From a virus, in IMG/VR virus record IMGVR_UViG_3300028840_006907, positions 288,001-352,000 of that record: a stretch of 64,000 nucleotides of DNA, one strand, 5' to 3'. Below the pieces are notes generated by a model. That model ran no database searches, was not told the origin of the DNA, and saw only the letters and a program-made list of their open reading frames with translations. Below, one piece after another: positions 19,056 to 27,858 of this stretch. Both the position numbers and the translations under genes were made by a program. Numbering within the stretch: the stretch's first letter is position 1; each line of letters opens with the position of its first letter.

Positions 19056-19718
19056 ATGAAAACTATCGCATTTACATTGCCAGTAAGAAAGAACAGTCAA
19101 AGAGTAAAAAATAAAATGTTAAGACCTTTTGCAGGGAGAAGTTTATTTGAGATCTATTTGGATAAAATCGAATGTTTCAAACATTTGGTTTATGTTGTTG
19201 CCTATGAAGAAGAATTTATTAACATAGCTAAAAAAAGGGGATTTAAATATCTTCATAGAAGTGAAGAGTCTGCTAATGGGGAAACTTCTCCAGTTATCCA
19301 TAGTTATTTAAATGAGATGAAAGAAGATTTCATTTTTATGGCAACTGCGTGTTGTCCTTTGATGAAGACAGAGACTTTGAAAAATATCATGGTAGAGCTA
19401 TGTTCAAAACTCCATGATCCTAATTATCACGGTTTAATAACTGTAAAAAGATGTGGTAATGCTATTTGGAATTCAGAGAAGAAAGTAATGAATGATGATG
19501 TTCGAACTTTCAATACTAAGTTAAGAAAACCTTTTTACATCGAGACTAGTTCCGTTTTTGTTTTTAGACGTGAAAGATTTCTTAAACTAGGTGCATATTG
19601 GGATTTTGGTGATAAAGATCCCGATCTTTATGAAATTAATTCAATTGAAGCTACTGATATTGATACAATGGATGATTTCGAAGTAGCTGAAATACTTTAC
19701 AAAAGAAGGTTGTCATGA
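19056..19718 (+). CDS. CMP-nonulosonate cytidylyltransferase family (NeuA/PseF-like)
   Basis: LPVRKNSQRVKNKMLRPFAGRSL resembles the R-x-S-x-R-x-x-x-KN...G-x-(S/P)-L signature; ~220 aa. Confidence 0.6.
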   Translation: MKTIAFTLPVRKNSQRVKNKMLRPFAGRSLFEIYLDKIECFKHLVYVVAYEEEFINIAKKRGFKYLHRSEESANGETSPVIHSYLNEMKEDFIFMATACCPLMKTETLKNIMVELCSKLHDPNYHGLITVKRCGNAIWNSEKKVMNDDVRTFNTKLRKPFYIETSSVFVFRRERFLKLGAYWDFGDKDPDLYEINSIEATDIDTMDDFEVAEILYKRRLS

Positions 19719-20374
19719 AAAATTATGGCTATGCTGATATGAGTGAAAAAGAAAAATTATCTAAAGAACAAGTATTAGAATTTTGGAAAAATCCTATAAA
19801 CGATAATACTAATAAAAATGAGAACAATGATCCTGAGCATTATTTGAGTGGGGAAAAACGTAGCCGATATCTCGTTGAATTAATTAAAAGGCATTTACAT
19901 AAAGAAGCAAAAATATTAGAGATTGGTTGTAATGTCGGGAGGAATTTGCATTATCTATATGAAACAGGTTATAACAATTTAAATGGGATAGAAATTAATG
20001 ATAATGCTGTTCAAGTGATGCATAAAAATTATCCCGAATTATATGGAAGTGTAGGAATTTATAATTGTCCGGTTGAATCTATTATTACATCTTTTTCCGA
20101 TGAAGCCTATGACTTGGTCTTTACAATGGCTGTTTTAGAGCACATTCATTATGAGAGTGATTTCATTTTCTCTGAGATAGCTCGGGTAGCCAAAAGATGT
20201 ATAATTACAATTGAAGATGAAAAAACTACCTGGAGTAACAGACATTTTCCTCGTAATTATAAGGAGGTGTTTGAGAAGATCGGGAATTGGGTACAGATTT
20301 ATGATATGAATTGTGGTGGGATTAATATACTTGATGATCGATTTTGGGTAAGGGTATTTAAAAAGAATGTCTAA
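19715..20374 (+). CDS. class I SAM-dependent methyltransferase
   Basis: ILEIGCNVGRNL (motif I) and DLVFTMAVLEHI. Confidence 0.75.
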   Translation: MKNYGYADMSEKEKLSKEQVLEFWKNPINDNTNKNENNDPEHYLSGEKRSRYLVELIKRHLHKEAKILEIGCNVGRNLHYLYETGYNNLNGIEINDNAVQVMHKNYPELYGSVGIYNCPVESIITSFSDEAYDLVFTMAVLEHIHYESDFIFSEIARVAKRCIITIEDEKTTWSNRHFPRNYKEVFEKIGNWVQIYDMNCGGINILDDRFWVRVFKKNV

Positions 20375-21158
20375 ACGAATAGTGTTAGTCAGAAATATGG
20401 GAAACAGTGGCGGTGCCTGGTTAATGAAGGTATTTAATATGCATGAAAACATATTAATGTTTCAGGAATTAAACCAGATACTGAGGTTAAGATATGATTA
20501 TTCGGATATAAATAAGAAGAATCTAAATTACCCTCATGTTGACTATGATGTAAAAATAGCTCAACGGAGTCGTGATCTTAAAGGATTTTTATTTAATAGT
20601 AGAACTCAGTGTCATATAGCAACTAGTTTTCTTTTATATCAATATGATATTAGAAAAGAAGATGCGATTGGGTTAATAAAATGTTTTGATCATGAATCTA
20701 TAAGAGAATGTAGAGTAAAATGTCCTTCTGTTAAAGTTGTACAAGTTTTAAGAAATCCTATTGGTATAATAGATTTTTATATGAGTCAGGAAAATTTAAG
20801 GCAAATAGCCCATCATGATCCATATGAAATATCTTTTAAAAAACATGTGGATTTCTTTCATAATAAATTTATAGATTTTTGGGAAAATAATGAAAAAAAA
20901 GGTGAGAAAATTATACGACTAGAAGATTTGAATATATCATTGAAAGATGGAAATCCTTTCTTAAAAGACACTATGGAAGATTTATTTGAAGTTAATTTCT
21001 CAAATGAATTTATTGAAAAAATCAAACAAAATTTAGGTTATGGGAATGAAGGTAACCAGAATAAAGAGATATGGCAAAACTGGGAAGGATGGAAAAAAGA
21101 ATATTTCAAGAAATATTTCGAAAATCTAATGATGAATCTTGGCTATGAATTGAGGTGA
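20367..21158 (+). CDS. sulfotransferase-fold-like protein, paralogue B
   Basis: LVRNMGNSGGAWL and VLRNPIGIIDFY; paralogue of 16446-17141. Confidence 0.4.
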   Translation: MSKRIVLVRNMGNSGGAWLMKVFNMHENILMFQELNQILRLRYDYSDINKKNLNYPHVDYDVKIAQRSRDLKGFLFNSRTQCHIATSFLLYQYDIRKEDAIGLIKCFDHESIRECRVKCPSVKVVQVLRNPIGIIDFYMSQENLRQIAHHDPYEISFKKHVDFFHNKFIDFWENNEKKGEKIIRLEDLNISLKDGNPFLKDTMEDLFEVNFSNEFIEKIKQNLGYGNEGNQNKEIWQNWEGWKKEYFKKYFENLMMNLGYELR

Positions 21159-21161
21159 TAA

Positions 21162-21737
21162 ATGAATTTATTTGAATCTGCGTACTATACTGAAGAGGAT
21201 CTGAGAAAAGGCGGTTTTAAAAGTGTCGGTAAAAATGTTCAGATTGATAAAAGTTGCACGATAATAGGCTTAGATAAAATCACTCTAGGAGATAATGTTC
21301 GAATCGATGGTTACTGTTGTATTATTGCCACAAAAGAGGAAGTGATTTTCGGTTCTTATATTCATATAGGTTCGTTTTGTCATCTCTGTGGAACTGCAGG
21401 TCTTATAATGAAAGATTTTTCAGGTTTGTCACAAGGAGTTCGAATTTACTCCTCTTCTGATGATTATTCAGGAAAGTTTTTAACTAATCCAACTGTTCCC
21501 GATAAATACACAGGTATAATAAGAGAACCAGTTATTATAGGTAAACATGTTATAATCGGGGCTAATACTGTTATTCTTCCAGGAGTTGTTATAGGTGATG
21601 GGTCAGCTATTGGTGCCATGTCCCTTGTAACAAAAGACGTAGATAAAAATAGTGTCTATGCAGGTTGTCCAGCGAAATTTATAAAAACACGTTCAAAAAG
21701 AATATTTGATTTAGAGAAGAGGTTATTAAATGAATAA
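21162..21737 (+). CDS. left-handed beta-helix (hexapeptide repeat) acetyltransferase
   Basis: Hexapeptide periodicity, e.g. GKHVIIGANTVILPGVVIGDGSAIGAMSLVTKDV. Confidence 0.85.
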   Translation: MNLFESAYYTEEDLRKGGFKSVGKNVQIDKSCTIIGLDKITLGDNVRIDGYCCIIATKEEVIFGSYIHIGSFCHLCGTAGLIMKDFSGLSQGVRIYSSSDDYSGKFLTNPTVPDKYTGIIREPVIIGKHVIIGANTVILPGVVIGDGSAIGAMSLVTKDVDKNSVYAGCPAKFIKTRSKRIFDLEKRLLNE

Positions 21738-22443
21738 ATCAATTTTCATATGTTCAGGAGGTCGATGTGGTACACATTGGGTTCGGCCTATTCTTGCTCA
21801 GCTTTTAGATTTACAAACTGGGTTTGATTGGAAAGGATATAATCCAAATAAAATTCCCTTTAAAACAGAACCTGGAGCTATTTGGAAAATAAAGATGGTA
21901 GAAAAGAGAGAGCCAGGAGGAAGGATTTATTCAGGGCATATGCCAATTACAGAACTTCTACCTATTATCAGTTTAGTAAATATAATAATTCTTATAAGAG
22001 ATCCTAGAGATATGTGTGTTTCGGCTGCATATTATACTCCAGAAAGAAGAGTATTAACTCAAGAAGAATTTGAATCTAAATTTAATAATTTATTAATACA
22101 AGGAAGCCCGAATCCTGATTTTCATGAATCTTATATAGAAAGTAAGAATAAAATACCTCATTTTTTATTAAAATATGAAGATATGATTCATGATGATTAT
22201 GGCTCAATAGTTAAATTTTTAAATAATTCAGGTTATAAATTTGAAGAAGAAAAATTAAAATATGTACTTGATAAAAACTCATTCAAGAATTTATCAGGTG
22301 GACGAGAAGCCGGTGAGGAGGATAATACCGCTTTTTATAGAAAAGGTATTGTGGGTGATTGGGTAAATTATCTCTCTAATGGTTTACTTGAACAATATAC
22401 CGATAGGCATAAAACTTTGTTGGAAGAATGGGGGTATATGTAA
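21730..22443 (+). CDS. sulfotransferase (Sulfotransfer_1-like)
   Basis: 5'-PSB-like GGRCGTHW, 3'-PB-like IRDPRDMCVSAAYY, and FYRKGIVGDWVNY (RKGxxGDW). Confidence 0.8.
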   Translation: MNKSIFICSGGRCGTHWVRPILAQLLDLQTGFDWKGYNPNKIPFKTEPGAIWKIKMVEKREPGGRIYSGHMPITELLPIISLVNIIILIRDPRDMCVSAAYYTPERRVLTQEEFESKFNNLLIQGSPNPDFHESYIESKNKIPHFLLKYEDMIHDDYGSIVKFLNNSGYKFEEEKLKYVLDKNSFKNLSGGREAGEEDNTAFYRKGIVGDWVNYLSNGLLEQYTDRHKTLLEEWGYM

Positions 22444-22444
22444 T

Positions 22445-23116
22445 ATGGAAGATTATTTTGAACAAATGGTAACAGTTTTTAAAAAGTACTTTAAAGAGTA
22501 TTATCGTAATGTATTCACAAATCAATCAGTGGAAACCTGTACAGGTATTTATAATCTTTGTAAAAAAGAAAATCCAGATCAAGTAGTGGAAATGGGAACC
22601 AATCATGGGGCTTCTACTCTTTCTATAGTAAAAGCACTGACTGATTTAGGGAAAGATTTGTCTATTATTACTTCAATTGATTTAGACCACGAGAAATGGA
22701 AGGCAACATTTAATATACAAAAAGAATTGATTAAAAAGTATGATTTAAATTTAGGAAAAGTAAAATTAATAACTCAAGATTTTAATTCAGTAGATCCTGT
22801 AGAAATAATTGACCCTGAAAAGAAAGTATTTATTTTTTATGATATGCATGATCATCGAGGCCCATGGTCACAGAGACTACTTGATTTATGGGTACCTTTA
22901 GTTAAGAATGGTGTCTTCTCTATTCATGATGTAACTCCTGTAAGTGAATCCTTTGAAATAGTTCAGGATAAAATTTCCCCTCGAACAAAGATACAGTATA
23001 AGAGTGGGCAGTATTTTGCAGGTTTCAATGAATGTTTTCGAATAATAAAATGGGCAAATACAAATAACATAAATATAGAGATATTTCCAGGAGGAGTATA
23101 TTTCAGAAATGGCTAA
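22445..23116 (+). CDS. putative class I methyltransferase-like protein
   Basis: ATG 22445 follows upstream stop (track start 22379 overlaps); VVEMGTNHGASTL glycine-rich loop; FIFYDMHDH. Confidence 0.45.
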   Translation: MEDYFEQMVTVFKKYFKEYYRNVFTNQSVETCTGIYNLCKKENPDQVVEMGTNHGASTLSIVKALTDLGKDLSIITSIDLDHEKWKATFNIQKELIKKYDLNLGKVKLITQDFNSVDPVEIIDPEKKVFIFYDMHDHRGPWSQRLLDLWVPLVKNGVFSIHDVTPVSESFEIVQDKISPRTKIQYKSGQYFAGFNECFRIIKWANTNNINIEIFPGGVYFRNG

Positions 23117-23795
23117 CATTTTTATTGGAAAAAATATGTCAAATATAAAAAATATTCCTGGTTTAAATAAAATAACAAAGATACATGATGTGGCTGATTA
23201 TGTGAGATTAGCTGATTTTGTCTATAAAACAATTTCCCATTCTATGGATAGTGGGATTGATTTAGATTATTCTGTTAATCAATTGTATTGGCAATTTGTG
23301 AATAAAAAGAGATTTGGATGGTGCTATATGCATGCTCTGTATTATCATCTTATAGTACAAGAATATGGTCGTGAATCTTTTGTTTATGATTATGGCTTAC
23401 CAGCGCCACAATTAACTCATAGTGTTGTTGTAGTAACTTTACGTGATGATAAGTATTTAATTGATCCTTATTTTAATCGTTATTATGTAACAGAAAAAGG
23501 GAATCCGTATACATTTCCTGACTTATTGGCTATGATAAAAACTGATCCAACAAAAATTTATAGTAAATATGGACCTGGTTTGAAAGAAGTTAAACAGGGA
23601 GATAAATATATAGAAACTTCTCCTGAACAATTTGAAAAAGGAGTATTGGAATCGTGGCGAGTAAATCAGAATTATGATAAAATAATGATGGAAAAATTTA
23701 ATAGCACAAATGCATTATTATTAATGCATTGTAAAGTACAAAAAGCTAAAGTATGTAAAAAAATAGATGGGACAAAGTATTTTGACTTTTTCTAA
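23109..23795 (+). CDS. hypothetical protein
   Basis: 228-aa ORF coupled to upstream gene (ATG overlaps stop); GWCYMHALYY could be a Cys-His site, but the fold was not recognised. Confidence 0.4.
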   Translation: MANIFIGKNMSNIKNIPGLNKITKIHDVADYVRLADFVYKTISHSMDSGIDLDYSVNQLYWQFVNKKRFGWCYMHALYYHLIVQEYGRESFVYDYGLPAPQLTHSVVVVTLRDDKYLIDPYFNRYYVTEKGNPYTFPDLLAMIKTDPTKIYSKYGPGLKEVKQGDKYIETSPEQFEKGVLESWRVNQNYDKIMMEKFNSTNALLLMHCKVQKAKVCKKIDGTKYFDFF

Positions 23796-24570
23796 TGTTA
23801 TATCCTTTATCAGTGCATTTAAAAAGTTTAAACCTCCTTATGGTATGATACAGCATTCTGCTATGTATTCATGGAATGCTAATAATATTGAAGTATTTGT
23901 TCCAGATAATGAGGTTGGAGTTAAAGATGCTTGTCAGAGTTATCCTAATATTAAATTAATCCCCGATGTTAAACGGGCTCGGGAAATGGGCTTTTCAAAT
24001 CAGTCTCCTATGGTAAAAGATCTGATTGCAAAAGCTCTACCTTTAATCAATACTCCGATGGTAGCTTTAATTAATTCAGACATTATAATTCAACCTGATT
24101 TTATAGAAAGAATAGAAAAAATACTGAAAGAATACGGTTTTGATATTTATATGGTGGGAACTCGATTTGATATTAAATTGGATATTCATATAAGTTCGGA
24201 AGAGACATATAAACAGGTATTGAGTTCAGAACGAAAAAGTTATGATGGCAGTACTTCTTCAGATATATTTATAGCTTCTAAATTTACCTGGAGGAAGATA
24301 GTTCATGAAATGCCTGATTTTATTCTAGGTCGGTATGGGTGGGATAATTGGTTACATATGATTGCAGAACTTAAAGGATATCGTAAATTTAATTGTACAG
24401 ATGCTTTGACTATTCTTCATTGTGAGCATGATCATAAGCATATAGTTCTTCAGGAAAAGGCTGAAAAACAAAGTGCTCCAAGTTCACAGCATAATTTAAA
24501 GTTATGGAATGAAGTAAAAAATGTTTATGGGACGACCAGGATAAATGCATGGCCAAAAATTGAAATATAA
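23767..24570 (+). CDS. hypothetical protein, possible glycosyltransferase
   Basis: ALINSDIIIQPDF acidic motif; start uncertain (23767 or ATG 23845). Confidence 0.35.
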   Translation: MGQSILTFSNVISFISAFKKFKPPYGMIQHSAMYSWNANNIEVFVPDNEVGVKDACQSYPNIKLIPDVKRAREMGFSNQSPMVKDLIAKALPLINTPMVALINSDIIIQPDFIERIEKILKEYGFDIYMVGTRFDIKLDIHISSEETYKQVLSSERKSYDGSTSSDIFIASKFTWRKIVHEMPDFILGRYGWDNWLHMIAELKGYRKFNCTDALTILHCEHDHKHIVLQEKAEKQSAPSSQHNLKLWNEVKNVYGTTRINAWPKIEI

Positions 24571-24598
24571 TAGGGGTAAAGAAGTTTCTCTACCCCTA
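24571..24598 (+). terminator. stem-loop after gene 23767-24570 (no U-tract)
   Basis: TAGGGGTA (24571-24578) pairs with TACCCCTA (24591-24598) around a 12-nt loop; no following T-run, so terminator function is uncertain. Confidence 0.3.
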
Positions 24599-24661
24599 CA
24601 TGCACATTTTAACCACAATCCCATCTTATGGCTAAAAATATAATAAAAGGATGATACAAGA

Positions 24662-25480
24662 ATGAACCTTCTTCAGAGAGTAAAAAAATATTGGGATGAT
24701 AGACCCTGTAATATACGCCATTCAAAGGAACCCGTTGGAACCAGAAATTATTTCAATGAGGTTGAATATAAAAAATATAAAGTTGAACCGCATATATCAG
24801 GTTTCGCTGATTTTAATAAATGGAAGGATAAAAAGGTCCTTGAGATAGGCTGTGGGCTGGGCACTGAGACTATAAATTTTGCTAGAGCTGGTGCTAGGGT
24901 TGTCGCTGTGGATATGTCTGAGAAATCTTTGGAGCTGGCTAAGAAACGAGCGGAAGTTTTTGGCTTGTCCGATAAGATTACATTTTATCAGGGAAATGCT
25001 GAAGAACTTGATAAATTTATCCCAGCTCAGAAATTTGATCTTATCTGGTCTTTTGGTGTTATTCATCATACCCCGAATCCTGAGAACGTTATTGAATGTA
25101 TCAAGAAGTACCTGTCTCCAAGCAGTGAATTACGAATGATGGTTTATAATAAATTTAGTTGGAAAGTATTCTGGATCCTTTTTAAGTACGGGAAGTTTAA
25201 GTTTTGGGATATTGATAAATTCATAGCTCAAAATTCAGAAGCTCAGACCGGGTGCCCAATCACCTACACTTATACAAATAAATCAGTTCAAAAATTACTA
25301 AAAGGGTTTGTAATCGATAATATTAAAATTGAGCATATTTTTCCTTATAAAATTCGTGAATATAAGGAGAATAAATTCAAATTTATCTGGTATTTTAGAT
25401 ACCTGCCCAAATGGTTTTTTCATTGGTTAGAAAAGAGAATCGGTTGGCATATGTGCATAATCGCCAGATGGAGAATTTAG
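24662..25480 (+). CDS. class I SAM-dependent methyltransferase
   Basis: VLEIGCGLGTETINFARAGARVVAVDMSEKSLELAKKR and FDLIWSFGVIHH. Confidence 0.8.
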   Translation: MNLLQRVKKYWDDRPCNIRHSKEPVGTRNYFNEVEYKKYKVEPHISGFADFNKWKDKKVLEIGCGLGTETINFARAGARVVAVDMSEKSLELAKKRAEVFGLSDKITFYQGNAEELDKFIPAQKFDLIWSFGVIHHTPNPENVIECIKKYLSPSSELRMMVYNKFSWKVFWILFKYGKFKFWDIDKFIAQNSEAQTGCPITYTYTNKSVQKLLKGFVIDNIKIEHIFPYKIREYKENKFKFIWYFRYLPKWFFHWLEKRIGWHMCIIARWRI

Positions 25481-25482
25481 GG

Positions 25483-25567
25483 GTGGCCAGCCCCGCGTAG
25501 GCGGGGAAAAGGGATACGATAAGAAAAAATCTGCTCTGTGGAACAGCCCCACGAAAGTGGGGAATAA
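25483..25567 (-). CRISPR. two-repeat mini-array / solitary CRISPR-repeat-like hairpins (reverse orientation)
   Basis: Minus-strand copies CTTTTCCCCGCCTACGCGGGGCTGGCCAC (25483-25511) and TTATTCCCCACTTTCGTGGGGCTGTTCCA (25539-25567) match the repeat of the 51.4-kb array; 27-nt intervening sequence; sits between convergent genes. Confidence 0.55.
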
Positions 25568-25631
25568 TGCCACCCATTTTAAAAGATAGTATTGGGTGGT
25601 CTTTTAAATCAACTCTAAATTTTCCAGGAGT

Positions 25632-26096
25632 TTACAACCAGTCATCTTCTTTTCGGATAGATATTTTAGATAAAGTATCATTGTTAAGAAAAAGAGTTAC
25701 AATATAACGAACCCATTGATCATCATAATACCCAAATTCTTGTATTTCACTATTATCTGGAAATGAATCTACTATAACACTAGGTCCATAAACTTTCAGG
25801 ATTTTTCTTTTTGACATTCCAATCTTTAAATTTTGAAATTTACCTTCTTTAATTTCGATGTTATATAATCGGTGAGCAAAGATGTAACAAACCATATTCG
25901 GATAGTGCATATAAAGATCACTTTTAATAGTATCAATTTTTATAGGTTCTCCGAATTTTTCTATAACATCTTTAACAGTAAGGTCTTTTCGAAGATCGAA
26001 ATCAGGTCCGAATGGGAAGACACCGCAACTGTCGATTGAACGACTGAAGCATAAACTTACAAAAAGTATGATTGATATTAAAGTTTTCATATTCAC
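25632..26096 (-). CDS. secreted protein (signal peptide)
   Basis: N-terminus MNMKTLISIILFVSLCFS is a typical signal peptide. Confidence 0.55.
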   Translation of the reverse strand: MNMKTLISIILFVSLCFSRSIDSCGVFPFGPDFDLRKDLTVKDVIEKFGEPIKIDTIKSDLYMHYPNMVCYIFAHRLYNIEIKEGKFQNLKIGMSKRKILKVYGPSVIVDSFPDNSEIQEFGYYDDQWVRYIVTLFLNNDTLSKISIRKEDDWL

Positions 26097-26195
26097 TCCT
26101 CTCTATATATTATACCAGTCAAATAGCCATTTTATACCAAAAAAAATTGTAATAATCTTTTAATTGCGATGTAACGTAATGAAAAGGGGTAAATT

Positions 26196-26963
26196 ATGAT
26201 AGATGCGAAAAGAGTCGTTTTTTCATACTTAAATTTAAAAGTTGCCAAAGATATGACACCAGAAGAGGCAAAGAAAATAGTGGATAAAATGCCTCCAGGA
26301 AGATTTGATAAAATTAAAAAATTGTTACAGCCTTTTGCTAGATTGTTTAAAAAATCTTTTAATGTAAGAGATGCTGGTGTCCTTGATACTTTAGGAAAAT
26401 TAAGTAGGGCTAAGGGAATTCCTCTTGTTGAATTGTTAGCAGTAGCTTCTATCATGTTTGGTGCTACTGTTCCGTCTTATGCTGACACTGCTAAAGAAAA
26501 AGCTCCAATAGTTCAAGTAAAAGAGAAAAGGCCCATTTCTGAGGTAAGAGCGGATCTAGAAAAAGTTTTTGAATTACCAAAAGGTTTAATGACTCTTGTA
26601 AAAGTTACTCCTCAATTAGCAATAAATTTAAAAGGTATAGATGGATTTGTAGAGACCGTGGGTAAAAATCTCGATAAGAGTATAACTCCTGAAGTTTCAG
26701 TATTGTTAAATCAAGTCCCAGATAATCAATGGCCTGAATTATTGTCTGGTTTAGTAATGCAGAAAATTCAAGAAGATGATAAAGTTGATAAGAAATTTAA
26801 AAAGTTTATTAAACACCATAAAACTAGCCCTCAAAATATGAAAAAAGAGATAGCAAAAGTTGTCTCACAAGAGAAATCTGGCATTCAAAAATTTGTTGAT
26901 AAAGGCATGGCTGAGAAGGGCCTAGCTAAAAAAGCCCATGAAAGAGGCTATTTAATTTCATAA
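26196..26963 (+). CDS. hypothetical Lys-rich protein
   Basis: RBS aaaagggg; 255 aa; preferred over antisense ORF 26132-26455. Confidence 0.5.
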   Translation: MIDAKRVVFSYLNLKVAKDMTPEEAKKIVDKMPPGRFDKIKKLLQPFARLFKKSFNVRDAGVLDTLGKLSRAKGIPLVELLAVASIMFGATVPSYADTAKEKAPIVQVKEKRPISEVRADLEKVFELPKGLMTLVKVTPQLAINLKGIDGFVETVGKNLDKSITPEVSVLLNQVPDNQWPELLSGLVMQKIQEDDKVDKKFKKFIKHHKTSPQNMKKEIAKVVSQEKSGIQKFVDKGMAEKGLAKKAHERGYLIS

Positions 26964-27496
26964 ATAGCTGTCTTTGTAGTTTTCATACCGAAAAGTTTAA
27001 ATGGATATTTCCCTAAAAACAATTCTATTGCATCTTGGTATACGTATTCTACAGGATTTTGAAGAATTATAATTCCTCCTTTTCTCACTTTTGGAACAGC
27101 CTCTTTGATACAAGAAGATCTTGATCTACCATTTATGAAAATGATATCAAAAGAATGATCAGCAAAGTTATTTATATAATTTACATAGTCTCTAAAATTC
27201 TTATATAAATAAGCCGGTACAGTACTTCCGAAGCTCTCATGGCTGTAAGGAAAGGGTTTAGGGTCATCGATAGGTTCTATTAATTCATAAGTAAAATTTC
27301 CTTTATTAGGTCCTATCTGTTTTTTTAATGTCTCATATGTTTCTCTGTCATGTTCCACTGATACTACAGCTTTAACAGTTCTTCTGAAATAAATAGTAGA
27401 ATCTCCTGATCCATATTCAAAAGTGATCATGTCATATTCAATGAAACTTTTTAACCAGTCTATAGCTTCAGGTTCAATTGGGGGGTAAACTTCCAT
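26948..27496 (-). CDS. putative class I methyltransferase-like protein
   Basis: FEYGSGDSTIYF glycine-rich loop, DIIFINGRSR, KGGIIILQN. Confidence 0.5.
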   Translation of the reverse strand: MEVYPPIEPEAIDWLKSFIEYDMITFEYGSGDSTIYFRRTVKAVVSVEHDRETYETLKKQIGPNKGNFTYELIEPIDDPKPFPYSHESFGSTVPAYLYKNFRDYVNYINNFADHSFDIIFINGRSRSSCIKEAVPKVRKGGIIILQNPVEYVYQDAIELFLGKYPFKLFGMKTTKTAIYEIK

Positions 27497-27856
27497 TTAT
27501 TCTTCCTCTATTCTTTTTAGTCCAATATTTCCAAGTTCTTCATCATTAAGTTTTTCTAATTTTATATGTTCATTCATGATAATTACATAAAATGGAATAT
27601 CAATAGATGATTGAAAGATGTCAATTAAATCTTGTGCTTGTGCCTCGGTAACAGGCATTTTAGGTCTTATAATGACAAGATCATCTTCTTTCAATTGTAA
27701 CTTTTCTAATTGGTAATTTATAACGATGTTTTCTACATATTGTTCAGCTACCTCTTTTGGATTGTGGCTCAAAGTATATCCGCATTTGTCACATTTGCCT
27801 GTATAAAAATCGATAGCTTCATCTCTACATTCAGGGCATTCTATTTTTTTATCCAT
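27497..27856 (-). CDS. zinc-ribbon protein
   Basis: CPECRDEAIDFYTGKCDKCG (CxxC...CxxC). Confidence 0.45.
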   Translation of the reverse strand: MDKKIECPECRDEAIDFYTGKCDKCGYTLSHNPKEVAEQYVENIVINYQLEKLQLKEDDLVIIRPKMPVTEAQAQDLIDIFQSSIDIPFYVIIMNEHIKLEKLNDEELGNIGLKRIEEE

Positions 27857-27858
27857 TT

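Noticed and set aside
25483-25567. Interpreting the two inverted GC hairpins simply as a bidirectional terminator between convergent genes
   Set aside because: Neither hairpin is directly followed by a T-tract on either strand. Their sequence and flanks match the CRISPR repeat of the 51.4-kb array. A role in transcript 3' ends is still not excluded.
25395-25577. 60-aa minus-strand ORF spanning the mini-array
   Set aside because: It is the translation of the GC-rich repeat hairpins and the 3' end of the methyltransferase gene, with no independent support.
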